Origin: the human T2T-CHM13v2.0 reference genome, Homo sapiens
Direction: 5' to 3' (one strand)
Length of the DNA stretch: 64,000 bases
Assembly: GCF_009914755.1 (NCBI RefSeq)
Contig: NC_060926.1
Made by a program: the position numbers and the translations under genes. Shown piece after piece: positions 30,775-48,999 of this stretch (within the stretch, counting starts at the first letter, position 1; each line of letters opens with the position of its first letter). The notes beneath the pieces are model-generated. The model was given only the letters and a program-made list of their open reading frames with translations, had not been told where the DNA came from and searched no databases.

Positions 30775-33700
30775 AGAGGTCATTGAAAGTGTCATATCCA
30801 GAACAGTGTGCCTTTTGGGGGAGGAAAGTCCAGTTGGCCCTTTCACATACACGAACATCTCACATTTAAAGACACAATTCCAGGCTGTCTGTGGACACTC
30901 ATAGGTGCCCGTGAAAGCCGCCTCAGCCATAAACTTCTTGGAGTCACATTGTGAAGTATTTATTTTTAATTACAGATTTTCTTTGATGATCCTCTTCTCT
31001 TCTCTTTTTGTTTCCTTGGCTTGTCACTCATTCGTTGTGGTAAATAGACTGCCTGCTGTTTACGATGAGAAGTAGCCTGTGCTTTGGTCTGGTCTCCTGA
31101 CGCCCGGTTGCCAGCAGTCCTTGCTGTCTCTGGGTTGGAAGCCGTGATGCCTGCTCATGGGCTCGCTGTCTCCTCAGGCATGAAAGTGGAGGCATCCTTC
31201 TGGCTCTATTTTCAACTTACCTTGGTGAGGCCACAAGACCCTATTGACACATGAAGGGGAAGCACAGAGGGAAAGGGGGTTTTACTTTTCCTCTTCAACA
31301 GGGCTAGCCCTCGGGGACTGAGCAGAGAGAGTTGTGAATGCTGGGTTTTGAAACTGGCCCCAAACGATTGTCTCCTGGAATCAGAGAAGGAACAACCGAC
31401 TGCACCTAAAAGAAACAGAGTGTTTACCAGTCTTGCTGGATGGCTTTAAAAACGCAAATACATACGCATTCTCATTAGCCCATAGCACTCAGCCATCTTC
31501 ACCCCCATTAGAGAAAGCCAGTCTGCTGCCTGCCCCCCTCAAGTCACTGCTGAACTCATAGCATGTGTCGGGCTTCTGGAACCTCACAGATGTATTGCCG
31601 CAGACACCCTTTAGATGAGAGGTGTAGGTTAGGGGCACAGGCAAGGGAGCGGTCACTCCTAGACCTGAAGCATCTCTTCCATAGACGTCACAGTATATAT
31701 CTTCCCAGCCAGCTCCTCCCCAGCCCTTCAGGGAAGGTGAACACAATTCCACACTAGAGTGGCTTTTAAAGAAAAATAACATGTATGAACTCTTCCCAGA
31801 ATTCTATGAAATGAATGAGTTTGCATTACTTTTTCTAGCTTATGACCTGAGTCTTTTATTTTTTCAGATACATTTAGTTGTGTCTTTCAAAATCTATTTT
31901 TGCAGAACCTACCCTTTGTTAGCATTGGGCTGGAACCCTGGAAGGATAATTATGTGTGGGACTTGGTAGCTGCCCTTAGGTGTACAATCCCATAAAGGAG
32001 AGATGCCATATGCAGAATGATGAAATGCAGCATGAGGCTAAGTGTCCAGCATGGGTTATGGAGGGTAGATGAGAGAGAGGTTGGTGCCCAGAAGACAGCC
32101 GTCCTGCCTCGGGCCTATATGTCTGCAGAGGCCCACAGGAGTGGGGCAGTCCTGTTCAGGGAGGGCTGAGGGGTTCTCCGAATCTTATCAGGTAGGACAG
32201 GGAGACTTTAGAAAGGATTGGGCATTCAGTTTGTGGGTGTGTTATAAGCAAAGTCTGGAGCAGCTGTGAGTTGGATTTCACTGGGTTTCATGGAGCAGAT
32301 GTCTCTTGCTGGGGAATGATGGGATGTAAGACTAGAGACAGACACAGTCAGAGGCGATGTCTGCCTTGAGGCAGACAAACAGATTTCAACTTGGTCTTCT
32401 GGGCCTAGGCAGTGAGAAGCCTGGAAGGTGTCTGAGCTTGGAGATGACCTCATAGAGCCAACTTTTTGGAAGATTGGTTGGGTGGCAGAGTACACTGTAT
32501 GAAGGCACAGGAGAGAGAAAGGACAAATGCACAAAGGAAGGATCCAGAATTCCAGGGCAGGCTGGACATGTGGGCCTGAAGGAAGGGGAGGGGTGAAGGG
32601 AGACCTGACCATGGCTTCTGCCTGCTTGACCAAGCTTGGCATGTACATTAGAATATACAGAGTTTGAGGCCTGAGGACCCTTGTTCTTTTTCAATAAGTA
32701 ATGGTATTTTAAAAACCATCTCTGGGTTTTATCATGAGCAGAGGCGAATTCCATGCACAGTGAGGACTGTTTTATTTATTTATACTTGTTGAATAGTAAA
32801 CAGCATTGAAGAATGTTTTTAAAGAAACCCAAACTTCCTTTTCCATTTCTCAGTATTAACTTTCTTTTTAGCAACTAGGGACACAATTGAATGCTATTGT
32901 CTTAAACCTGCCTGACAGAGCAGAGGTACACGCTGGGGGGCGTGGGAACCTCTATTTGGCAAAGGGAACTTCTCCTGTTATTCCCATATGGAAAGAGACA
33001 TAAATTTGGGGAGAGCTTGCTCCTTCCCTACATTTCTGTGATCCATGGTTAACAGTCTCCTCAAGTGAATTTCAAATTCTCTTTCCAATAAGCTGCAAAA
33101 GTACTTAAATCATTTATTTGTTCTGCTCCTGAAATGAGAGTTACTCACTAAAGTCCCAAAGTGTCCCGAACCATGAGGTGTCCACAGTGAAATGACATGT
33201 TTAAAAGTTGCCATAAATGCTGGTAACTGGACATGATAATAAATCTGAGTCATTTCACATGGCCAGTTGGGTCGGTAATAACAAGACATGCACTTAAAAT
33301 ATATATCTTTTTGCCTTTCGGGCTATAAAGATTAATAAATTGTGTAAATTTCCAAGATAAAGTGTGAGACATTCTGAATTTTATGTGAATGACTTGCATG
33401 GTGACAGTAACCATGTTCTGGCCCTTGGAACAGGAGGTAATTTACTGTTGATGGTTTCTTGGCATAATATATATACGTATTTGGGGGGTAATAATTTAAA
33501 ATCATCCAGCACATGGTCTCTGATAAGGTGCATAACTCAGGTACTCAGAGTTGTTTTATAGGAAAAGAGATACAGGCACACCGTGCGACTGCAATCCCGG
33601 CACGTTCTCCTTCCTCAGGAATGACAAGGGATGGAAACCTGGCTCCCCACGGGGAATAATAAAGCATGCCTGTGAAAAATGAATCCTGGACCTGAGCTCA

Positions 33701-34112
33701 GGGCCAGAGTGCTCCAAAATTTGGGGCTTTCCCAGGACTAAGTCCAGATTTGCTTCTGTCCAGGCCAGTGACCGCTTGAAGCTGTAGAGGGCAGGGGAGG
33801 GAGGGTCCCCTTCCTGAAAGGGAAGTGCTGTGAGACGTGGCTGTCACTGATACCAGTGGGGACCTCTCTGCCCCCAGCCTCTAATCATGCTTGAAGGTTT
33901 ACTCTCTGAGCATGGCTTGAGAAGACAAGGGAAAGCAATGGAGATTGGCCATCACAGCCAAATTCTGCCTGATATGGAGGCCTGAGTCCTTTTGTGCAGG
34001 TGGTGACTCACTGCCCTGTTGAATGGGAGGAAGGAACAGTGATCAGACCCAAACACTCTGGTTTTCTTCCCACCTGTTTCTCAGAAGTAATAAGTGCAGG
34101 GCTCATGCTCTG

Positions 34113-34114
<2 letters not shown>

Positions 34115-34146
<32 letters not shown>

Positions 34147-34372
34147 TCTGTGTGTCCTGTGTGTGTGTCTCTGTGTGTGTGTGTGCCTGTGCGTGTATGT
34201 CTCTTTGTGTGTCTATGTGTGTGCGTGTGTGCCTCTGTGTGTCTCTGTGTGTGTCTCTCTGTGTCTCTTTCTCTGTGTGTGTTGTCTCTGTGTGCACGTG
34301 CATACATGTATGTCCCTCTGTGTGCCTATGTGTGTGCATGTGTGCCTCTGTGTGTTTCTGTATGTGTGTGTT
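34115..34372. repeat. (TG)n and degenerate TG/TC repeat
   Basis: Pure (TG)~15 followed by ~230 bp of interrupted TG. Confidence 0.95.
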
Positions 34373-34519
34373 GCAGAGGAGCTGCTAATGTGTTCTCATG
34401 CTGGTTGTACTGCCCCGCCTTGGAACAACTTTATCCTTGGGTGCAGGGGCTGGGTGAGCCTGGAAGCTGCCAGATGCAGCACATGATGGAGGAGAAGGGC
34501 CTGGAAACTTTTGCAGTTG

Positions 34520-35120
34520 TCACTCAACAAACACTCATGCAGCTCCTCCTGTGTGCCAGGCCAGGTGCCAGGAGCTGGAGGGAATACAGAGAGTGAGCCT
34601 GCCGCTTTGGGATCTCATCTCCTGGAGGAGGAATAAGTTATCTACTTAGGTATTCAATTTTAACTGGTATTTAATTACAGCCATACAAGTGGTTCCATTA
34701 TTAGTCAAGCTGAACTAAGTTTTGCTGCAATAACAAATTTTCCCAGAATCTCAGTAGCTTAACGGAGCAAAGGTTGGTTGCTTGTGAATGCTGTCTGTCC
34801 TACAAGGTGGTGCTCTGCTCTGTACAGTCACTCAGGATTCAAGGCTGACAGGCTACCTTCTTCTTTAGGCTGTGCATTCTGGAACATGGGGTTTCTTTAG
34901 CCTCTGTAGTGGGGAAGAGAGACAAGAGACTCACTCACAAGCTTCTCTATCATACTACCTTATGATGGAGGTGGTGTTATTAGCCTTTTTACATCTGAGG
35001 AAACTGAGGCACAGAGGAGTTAAGTAACATGTCCAAAGTTTCACAGCAAGTGAGTAGCAGAACCAGGATTGTGAGCTCCAGCCATCTGGCTCCAGAATCC
35101 CTGTTCTTGTCATGCTCTGC
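34520..35120 (-). mobile_element. Cluster of L2 3' end, old MLT1 and MIR fragments
   Basis: cactcaacaaacact...tgtgccagg (L2); tttgctgcaataacaaat...tcagtagctta (MLT1); tgaggaaactgaggcacagaggagttaagtaac (MIR). Confidence 0.6.
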
Positions 35121-36422
35121 CATCTAATTAAACAGTTTCTTGGGAAGGGAATGAAGAGATGTCAGACAGGCCAGGAGCTCAGGGGACTAGAAAAAGAATT
35201 TATCAGAAGAAGGAAAGTATGTCGGGGAATGACAGGGAAGGATAAATGAGCAAGGCTAGAATCCCAGAAAAATAGAGAGACTTCATCTTGGCTGGCAGAA
35301 TAGCTTTTGCAAATTCGGGATTAGAAGCCTGGTTTCATGAGTTTGGGACGAAAGCTACAGAAAATGCAGACACAGGGTGGATCTTACGGATTGTGAAGTC
35401 AGGGAGGTCTGAAATGAAATAGAAATGGCCCAAGGAAACCTTTCATATTCCTTTTTGTTTCCACATACATCTGGCCACAAAAGCTCTTTGGTGGTTTATC
35501 CCATCTCACTGCTTCCTTAGGGCTCTTTCAAACTCCTTGCATCTATGTAAGCATGGATAAGGAGCACAGCAGACATGGGACACACCTGTGTTGCTTTCTG
35601 GGCATGCTGTAGGATGCCACTTTTTGGCTGTGCACCTGGAGCAAGAGGCAGCAGGGCAGCAGCACCCAGCCCCCTGCAGTTGAAGCTAAAGACTGCAGCT
35701 GCAGCGCAGGAATTCCCCAGTAGGACAGGAAAGCAAACACAGGCAAGATAAGGTCAGAGACAGCCAACTGTTTACAGCGTCCAAGCTCTTCCTGGGTTTG
35801 GTCCACCCTATTAAAAGATAATAACCTCTTAAAACATTTCAAAGGATGTGTTGGCAGTGTTTAAGAGGAAACATAATTGTCACCACAGCCTGGGTAGTGT
35901 GCAATTGAGTAGGAGACCATCTTCAGGATAGGATGGGTGATGGGCAAGATTGTGCTGGGAGAGGAGTTCGTTTGAACTGCAGACTCCAGAAGCTACAGTG
36001 GCTGCCCAACCCATGAAAACACCCACAGATGCTGTAACTGCTGGGTATCTGTCATCTTTGGAATAAACCACTCATGCTGGGGTCTCACTTTCTAAGCCAT
36101 TACCAGCTGCAAGGGTTGGCTTTGTGAAGGCAAAGGGAAGTTTACTTTATAACGATGTAGGCTATGTGGAGATATAGAATTATAGGAGCACAAAGTGCAT
36201 TACTGACTCACTGTTCTGCTGCCCATAGAGCAGCTCATCCTGCTTTGTGAGGCATTGCTGTGAGTTGCCTTCAGGCAACTTGGGAGGAAGAGCTGCCTGA
36301 AACCCTTTCTTGAATCTTCTTTAAGGTTGCTGATCAGGACCCATCTACCATGGGAGGACTGTGGGGATTCCTCCATGACCTCAGTGCTGAGCTGATCTGG
36401 CTCATTAAGAGATGGTTCTTAC

Positions 36423-36752
<330 letters not shown>

Positions 36753-37139
36753 GAAAGATGCTTCTTACAAAGAACTCTTTCTTTGCATCTCATGGATAAT
36801 CTGAATTGTACATCTCACTGAACTACCTTCTTTGCCATGGCTGCTGGGGTGCCCAGAGCAAGTGACCATGGCATGCATGCTGTCACCTAAGTGGCTTTCT
36901 CTTATTTTTCTTTTCCTTCTCTGTTATTTATTCTGTTGTATTGTTTATATTTTGATAAACTCACTTAAATTCATTTTGGGACAAGATGGGATCTAAACCA
37001 AGAAGTAGATAAATATGTGTGCTTTAGAGGGTAGTTATTGCAGAGTCTATCCTGGGAAGAGTGGCTCCTTTGTTCAGGATGCCTTTCTGGGTATGAGGGG
37101 TGGGTTCAATTCCTTCCATCCCTTTCTAGAAGTATGTAG

Positions 37140-38320
37140 TCTTTGATGGATTCATTGAGTCACTGATTTGTTCTGTGGACACTTATTATGTGCCAGGCCC
37201 TGTGCTAGGCCTGAGGAAAGTGACGATGACCTCAGAGTTATGTTCCAGTGGTGGGAGATAGGCAAAGACTATGTAAGTGGGCAGAGACACTAATTACATG
37301 TAAGAACCACTGCCTTGAAGGGAGAATGAGGATGAGGGTGTGTCTTAGGTGGGCTGCCATAGCAAAATACCATCTACTGGGAGGCTAAAACAACAGACAC
37401 TGATTTCACATGCTCTTGGTGGCTGGAGGTCAGAGATCAAGGTGTCAGCAAGTTTTATTCTGAAGCCTCTTCTTTTAGCTTGTAGGCAGCCACATCTCAC
37501 TGTATGCTCACATGACCTCTTCTCAGTGTTTGAGCAGATAGAGAGAGAGAGAGTGCTTTGATATCTCTTCTTACAAGGATGTTAATCTTATTGGACCCCA
37601 TCCTTATGACCTCATTTGACCTTAATTATCTCCACGAAGGCTTCATCTCCAAATCACATCACACTGAGGCTTGGGGCTTCAACATATGCATTTTGGGGTG
37701 GGCACAGACATTCAGTCATGACAGAGAGGGAGAAGATCTACTTCCTATGGGGTGACGCAGGAAGCCCACTCTGCAGAGGGCAACATGCATGCTGGAATGG
37801 AAAGGATAAGAATGAGGTGGCTGTGGGAGAGGAGGGTGGGGAGGCATGTGAGGGCGCGAGGTGGAGAGAACAGCCAGGGCAGAGGCCCTGAGGCTCCCTG
37901 AGCAGCTGGTGTGGTCGCAGCTTACTCAGGAGTGGAGAGTAGCACAGGGGAGGATGTGAGATGAGTGGGGCACGAGTGTGCAGAGCCTTGTAAACCAGCT
38001 ATGGTGAGGGTTTTGGGTTTCCTACTACATCCAGTGCAACGTTACTGAAAGATTGTAAGCAGAGGGATGTCATGATCTGGCTTAGGCTTAAGGAGCTGTG
38101 TGGACAGTGGGCTGGAGGGATTGGGAATGGAGGCAGGAGACTGCTTGTCAGTTTTGGTAAGAGGCTGGGACCATGGTGATGGCCACGTTCTAGAAGAGAG
38201 AGTGGAATCTGTTGATGGAGGAAATGTGAGAGACAGGGAGAGGGAGCACTTAAGGGCAACTCCTAGGCTCTAGGCAGAACATTTAGGTGCATGGCGATGC
38301 TGTTTACTGAGCTGAGGGGA
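37140..38320 (-). mobile_element. L2 fragments (split by MLT1A)
   Basis: cacttattatgtgccaggccctgtgctagg; gagccttgtaaacca...tgtaagcagagggatgtcatgatctgg. Confidence 0.65.
37341..37723 (-). mobile_element. MLT1A/MLT1A0 MaLR solo LTR
   Basis: tgtcttagg...gggctgccatagcaaaatacc...ggggcttcaacatatgcattttgggg...cattcagtcatgaca. Confidence 0.82.
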
Positions 38321-38347
38321 TGCGGAAGGGAGCAGAGGCAACGTGTA

Positions 38348-39224
38348 TGTAATGGGTAATTGCATGTGTCAATTTGACTGGGCTAAGGGATGCCCAGATA
38401 GCTGGTAAACATTGCTTTGGGGTGTGTCTGTGAAGGCATTTCCAGAAGAGACTAGCATGTGAATCAGTAGACTGAGTAAAGAAGATTACCCTCACCAGTG
38501 TGGGTGGGCATTATCCAACTGAGGGCCTGAATAGAACAAAACGGCAGAGACAGGGCAAATTCACTCTCCCTGCTTGATTGCACATCTTCTCCTGCCCTCG
38601 GACATTGGTGCTCCTGGTTCTCTGGCCTTTGGGCTCAGACAAGGTGATATGGTTTGGCTGTGTCCCCACCCAAATCTCATCTTGAATTATGGCTCCCAAG
38701 ATCCCCATGTGTCATGGGAGGGACACAGTGGCAGGTAATTAAATCATGGGGGCTGGTTTTCCCATGCTGTTCTAGTGATAGTGAGTAAGTCCCACGAGAT
38801 TTGATAGTTTTATAAAAGGCAGTTCCGCTGCACATGCTCTCTTGCCCGCCACTGTGTAAGACATGCCTTTCCTCCTCCTTTGCCTTCCTCCATGACTGTG
38901 AGGCCTCCTCAGCCATGTGGAGCTGTGAGTCCATTAAACCTCTTTTTCTTTATAAGTTACCCAGTCTCAGGTATTTCTTCATAGCAGTATGAAAATGGAC
39001 TAACACAACAGGGCTTATACATCACCTCCCCTTTAGACTTGAACTGAGTTACATCAGTTCACTGTCTGCAAGCTGGAGGTTTTCCTGGGCCTCCAGCTTG
39101 CAGACAGAAGATTATGGAACTTCTCAGCCTGGGTAATTGGGTGAATGAAGTCCCATAATAAATCTCTTATATTTCTCTACATGTCCTGTTGTTTCTGTTT
39201 CTCTGGAGAACCCTGACTAATGTA
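38348..39224 (+). mobile_element. MLT2B-type ERVL solo LTR, interrupted by THE1
   Basis: tgtaatgggtaattgcatgtgtcaatttgactgggctaagggatgcccagatagctgg...ctctggagaaccctgactaat. Confidence 0.85.
38645..39007 (+). mobile_element. THE1B/C MaLR solo LTR
   Basis: tgatatggtttggctgtgtccccacccaaatctcatcttgaatt...gaaaatggactaacaca. Confidence 0.9.
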
Positions 39225-41605
39225 GTATGTAAGGCACCCAGTCATAAGGGCAGGCTATCCTTCCATTAATGACCTCATTCCGGGTGTATCTGTAGCCTAG
39301 ACCACTCTTCTAGGAAAATCCTATTCCCTTCTTGTCTCTTCCATGTGGAAATCTCACAGACATTGCAACCCAACCCATCCAAATCAGATGGGAACCAGGG
39401 GTTTAATGTTAACAGGTGATATCTGCTGCTGCCGGTCTGCCATTGTCCTAAAGCATTTTATACACATTTTCTTATCTTAGAAAGTCCCTGTAAGATAGGT
39501 GTGCTAACAAGAATCATTTTGCAGCTGAAGAAATGGAGGTGCTACTGGCTCAAGGAACCTGGATTCATTTAGAGAGTGTGCCCAGGATGAGACGTGTGGA
39601 GAGCCTGGCCTGAACCAACACTAACAGTCTCCTGGACAGGAGGTGAGTAAGGAAGAAGCGGCAGGGAAGGAGGGACACCGGGTGAAAGGAGGTGGGTGTA
39701 GGAGGAAGGAGATCACAACTGTGTTGAAAGTCCTAGCAGCCTGAGAAAGACGGGGGAAGAAGGCCCTGCAATGAACCCTGTGACCTTGGGAAGGACAAGT
39801 CCTCTTGCCCCTGGGGCCCACTGTCTGAGTCCCTAGGAAGTATATATACAAAGGGTTTCGGAATGCAGAGTTTGCAGATGTGGGCTGCAGCTGCACCCTG
39901 TGTGTGACTGGATGGAATTCACAGCTAGAAGTGGTTTTGTCCCTGGCTGCTGAATGTATCAGCTGTTGGTGCCGCTTTAGTTTTATTGAGTGGGAAGGAT
40001 GTAGACCCTGAGTCTGGAGAATGGGACTGGGCTGGCCATGGAGCCTGGAGAAGAGAATGAGACCATGCAAAACCTTTATTCCTTGTTCTTGGTTTCTTGT
40101 TAAACAGGCCCAGTGCCACCAGATTAAGGAGGTGAGGGGGCGGTTGTAAGAAAGTAAGAGATCAGTCTGAAGATTATAAATATGGGCCAGTGCAACAAAG
40201 GGAAATTCTTGTGTCAATATTTTTCTGAGCCAGCACTTGGGAGATCCTGATTTCCTTAACAAAATGATAACAAACATTTTTTCATGTTAATAATGTAAGA
40301 TGAACATTTCCTTCATGTTTAAGCCACTGAATGTGCAGTGAACAAAAGACATTTACATACAGGCATATTTGAGGATATGGAAGGTTCAATTCCACACCAC
40401 TGCAATAAAGCAAATATCACCATAGAGCAATTTATACAATTTCTTTGGTTTTCCAGTGCATGTAAAAGTTATGTACATTATACTGTAGTCTATTAAGTGT
40501 GCAATAACCACTCCTTATCTGTCTAAGAAACATACATACCTTAATTAAAAGATACCTTATTGCTAAAAGATGCTAAAGGTCATCTGAGCCTTTAGTGAGT
40601 AATAATCTTTTTGCTTGAAGGAGAGTCCTGCCTCCGTGTTAATGGCTGCTGACTGACCACGGTGGCGGTTACTGAAGCTTGGGGTGGCTGTGGCAATTTC
40701 TTAAAATGAGACAACAATGAAGTTTGACACATCAGTTGACTTTTACTGTCAGGAAAGATTTATTTGTAGCATGCAATGCTGTTTGGGATAGCATTTTACC
40801 TACAGTAGAACTTCTCTCAAAAAAATGGAATCAAGCCTCTCAAACCCTGCTGCTGCTTTATCAACTAAATTTATGGAATATTCTAAATCCTTTTTTGTCA
40901 TTTCAACGATGTTCACAGCATCTTCACCAGGAGGAAATTCCATCTTAAGAAACCACTTTCTTTGCTCACTCATAAGAGGCTACTCCTCGTCTGTTCAAGT
41001 TTTAATATGAGATTGCAGCAATTCAGTCACATCTTCAGGCTCCACTTCTCATTCTAGTTCTCTTGCTATTTCCAACACATCTGCAGTTACTACCTCCACC
41101 AAAGTCACAAACCCCGCAAAGCCACCTATGAAGGTTGGAATCGATTTCTTCCAATCTTATGTTAATGTTGATACTTTGACCTCCTCCCATGAATCAATGT
41201 TTTTAATGACATATAGCATGGTGAATCCTTTCCAGAAGGTTTTCAATTGACTTTGCCCACATCCATTAGAGGAATCACTATTTTTGGCGCTATAACCTTA
41301 CAAAATGTATTTTTTAAATAATAAAACTGGGAAGTCAAAATTATGCCTTGATTCATGGGCTGCAGAATGGATGTTTTATTAGCAGGCATAAAAACAACAT
41401 TCATCTCCTTGTACATCTCCCTCAGAGCTGATGGGTGACCAGGCATATTATCAGTGATGAGTGCTATTTTGAAAGGAATCTTTTCTTCTGAGCAACAGGT
41501 CTCAACAGTGGGCTTAAAATATTCCACAAACCATGCTGTAAATAGATGCTATCATCCAGGCTTTGTTATTCCATTTTTAGAACACAGCCAGAGTATGTAA
41601 CTCAT

Positions 41606-44962
<3,357 letters not shown>

Positions 44963-45187
44963 TAATTCTTAAAAGCCCTAGGAGTTTTGGAATGAGCGTT
45001 GGCTTCAATTTAAAGTCACCAGGTGCATTCGCCCTAATAAAAGAGTCAGCTTGTCCTTTGGAAACAGGCATTGACTTCTCCTCTCCAGCTATGAAAGTCC
45101 TAGATGGCATCTTCTTCCAATAGAAGGCTGTTTTGCTTGCATTGAAAATCTGTTGTTTAGTGTGGTCACCTTCATCAATGATCTTAG

Positions 45188-45545
<358 letters not shown>

Positions 45546-47029
45546 CACCTTGCATTTTTATGTGATGGGGACAGCTTTTTTTCCATAAGCCTCATGAACC
45601 ATCCTCTGCTAGCTTCAACCTTTTCTTCTGCAGCTTCTTCACCTCTTTCAGCCTTCATTGTATTGAAGAGAGTTAGTGTCTTGCTCTGGATTAGGATTTG
45701 GCTTAAGGCAGCATGGCTGGTTTGATCTTCTATCCAGACCACTTACGCTTTCTCCATATCAGCGATAAGCCTATTTCACTTTCCTGTTCATGTGTTCACT
45801 GGAGGAGCACTTTTAACTACTTTCAAGAACTTTTCCTTTGCATTCACAAGTTGGCTGTTTGGTGCAATAGGCCTAGCTTTCAGCCTGTCTTGGCTTTTGA
45901 CATGCCTTCTACTAAGCTTGATCATTTTCAGCTTTTGATTTAAAGTGACAGATGTGTGACTCCTTTCACTTGAACACTTAGAGGCCATTGTAGGGTTATT
46001 ATGGACCTAATTTTAATATTGTTGTGTCTCAAAGAACAGTGAGGCTTGAGAAGAGGGAGAGAGATGGGAGAACAGCTGGTCAGTGGAGCAGTCAGAACAT
46101 ACGAAACCTTTATCAATTAAATTTGCCATCTTATATGGGCATGGTACCCCAAACAGTTATAATAGTAACATCAAAGATCACCGATCATATGTCATATGTC
46201 ACCATACAGACATAACGATGAAAAAGTTGAAAATATTGTGAGAATTACCAAAATTTAACAGAGACAGGAAGCGAGCATATGCTCTTGATACAATTGCTTG
46301 ACACAGGGTTATCACAAACTTTCAATTTGTAAAAAATGCAATGTCTGGGAAGTGCGATAAAATGAGGTATGCCTTTACTGACTTTAATTTTAGTAAATGA
46401 CTTCATAAGGAAAAGGAAAAAATGTCATTGTGAGGGCACTGTGTTTGTTATAGACTAGCTAGGTCATCAACTGGGTGGTTTTGATACTAGCAGAGTCCTC
46501 CATGTGCTAGGACACTGTTTGAAATTCTTGTTATAGCTTTAAAAGTCATGGTTTTATCAACTAACTCCCTATTAGTTACTGTAATTGAATTTTTATGTTA
46601 GCTTCCACTAGTAGCAAGTTTTTGAGTCAAGATGGCCCTTGGGTTTTATTGCCAACCCTGACAGCAGAATCCTAGACAGGGTCGCTTTGCTCTTAAAGCC
46701 TCTGATGTCCAGTTGCAAAGTGAGTATAATTGCTTCTCTCTCAGATCTGTGTTGAGGAGCTCAAGAAATAACGAATGTGGAAGCACTCAGATCAATTACT
46801 TTTTTTGTTTGTTTCTACCTTATCTAGTTTCCTAGGTCAAAAGTTTGCTTGGCTAATGGAAGAAAGGAGTCCCAACCTTTCCAAGTGGGACAGATTCCCT
46901 AGCTGTGCTCTGTATATTGAATCTGCTTCTTATCATTTGGCTGTGGTCTGTGTGAGTGCTGAAAAGGAGGAGATAATTTCACGCACTAGGGAAATGGAAA
47001 AGACTCCTGCTTGGCAGGCACCAGGGTGG

Positions 47030-47460
47030 CAAGAGAATCCAGGATGTGGCCACGCACAGCTTAAAGACTACATTTCCCAGCTGCCTTTGCAGGTGAATGC
47101 CATCAGTGAGACCTAATTGAGAGTATAGTCTGGGGAGTCTGGGAATGTTGCCTAAGAAAGGCTGATTTAGTTGGTGGTGCAACTCCCTTTTTACCTCCCC
47201 TCTTTCTCTCTTTCTGGAATGTGGATATGATGGCAGAACCACAGATGATCTTGAATGAGGAGGTCACTTGCTGAGGATGGTGCAACAGAAAGATGGAAGG
47301 AGCTCAATCCCTGATGAGCTTGTGGACCTACTGTATCAGTCCTGGATTACTCACTTTCTGTCTTTTATGGAGAGAATAAACCATCCTCTTTTTAAGTTGC
47401 TCTTCCCCCTTTGTTTGTGATCCCTCTTACCATAGACCAAACTTAATTCCTAATGAATAG
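47030..47460 (+). mobile_element. Old MaLR LTR (MLT1J/I-like)
   Basis: gactacatttcccagc...ggaatgtggatatgatggc...agaaagatggaaggagc...gagagaataaacc. Confidence 0.6.
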
Positions 47461-48575
47461 ATCTGCCAAATTGTTTATATCAGAGATGACAACAGGAACA
47501 CATCTGTTTACATTTTCCTTTCTCCTGAAGCCCCACCTAGTCCCAGAGGGTGGTGTGTTTCTTCACTGCTATTTTGGGCAGAAGCTACCCGGCTGTGGTG
47601 GTTAAAGTCAGCACTGCTGTTAGCCCTTGTGGGGCCTTTGTGCAAATTGAAAAAAGGCATTCATATCCTAAGACACCTTCCTGTTCTTTGCCAGAAAAAT
47701 GTCTCAATGCAAATTGACAATGTGTGGACAGGAATGGAACATGCCCTTGAGAAGCAGCCCCTGCACAGGATGCCACTGCTCAGCTTTGGGTCAATGTCCA
47801 GGCCAGTATCTGACCTCGAACTTCTCTCTAGGTCTTCCACCTTTACTTAGCACAGGCCTCAGAACAGTCCAGCCAGGGGTCTAGGAGAGAAAGTGGCTGA
47901 GACTGTGTGAGATGGGGATGGGGCAGAGGACGGATAGGGTAGAGGGTGGATTACAGTGAGTTTCTGGCTATTGACTGCTTTCACATGAGCAGCTCATTTC
48001 TGTGCCAACCATTTGACTAGTAAGTTGGCAGAAGCCCTGCCTGTTGGTCACATTCTGGCCCATGCTACAAGGCCACCTGGCAGGCTCAGGCTGCAGCACG
48101 GCAGGCTGTGTGCACACGGCTATCTCCCCTAGTCTGTCCCCAGAGCTGTCTGTGCAGTCCTGAGCTCCCATGTAAGCCAATGCTACTTTTGTGTGAAGAA
48201 GGTGGACGAAATCATCAGCAACTCTTGCTTATATAGAATGTGACCCAAGCAATGGAAAGAGAAAATCCAGGTCTTGGTTTTGTACTGGCTTGCGAGAAGT
48301 CCTTCTTTTCCTCTCTAGCAATTTCCCTACATCCATCCCTGCCTACCCACATTGGATTAAAGGGAAGAGAGAAAAATGCCCTAAGCCCCAGAGAGAAAGG
48401 TGGCAGAACCATGATATTGCTGCTCTTGACTTTGTAAGATGGCCAACATCAGCCCAGAGAAATCTGATCTGAAATAGAATGAGCTCACCTGACTTCGAAA
48501 TTTACCACATTTGTCATGAGGCAGTCACTTAACCTAAAAAGTAAACAGGCTCTTACTCTGTCATAGTTTACATTT

Positions 48576-48657
48576 GTGTGTGTGTGTCCTTTTCTGTTTT
48601 CTTTCTTTCTTTCTCTTTCTTTCTTTCTTTTCTTTCTTTCTTCTTTCTTTCTTTTTA
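48576..48657. repeat. (TG)n plus (TTTC)n
   Basis: Seen directly. Confidence 0.85.
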
Positions 48658-48999
48658 GTAGCTTTAACTTGTTCTGCAAACAAAGAATATGACAGAACAA
48701 TGTACGTTCCTTTGAAATGGCACCATTAATCTTGATAGCAAGTTTCTAATTATGAAGGATAGAGAGCTTTGGCTGCTTCATGGAACTGTGTCCTGGTGAC
48801 TTTTTTCAGTCCCTTTTTCTTGCTTTCCCTGTCTCCGGTAGCTTCCTTGAGAGCTGTGGTTTCTCAGTGTTAGATATTCAAAAGCACAGCAGCCTACAGG
48901 CCATGGCTAAATCTTCTTTACAACCAGATGCATATGAGATCTTAGCAGGAAGTAAGAAAAGTAAACGCATTATTAATAAACACACTTAAATGCATACAA

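Noticed and set aside
33994-34596. Cys/Val- and His/Thr-rich ORFs that look metal-binding
   Set aside because: Artefacts of the (TG)n repeat.
39621-40277. 218-aa minus-strand ORF in unique sequence
   Set aside because: No recognisable domain or supporting splice structure. Consistent with chance.
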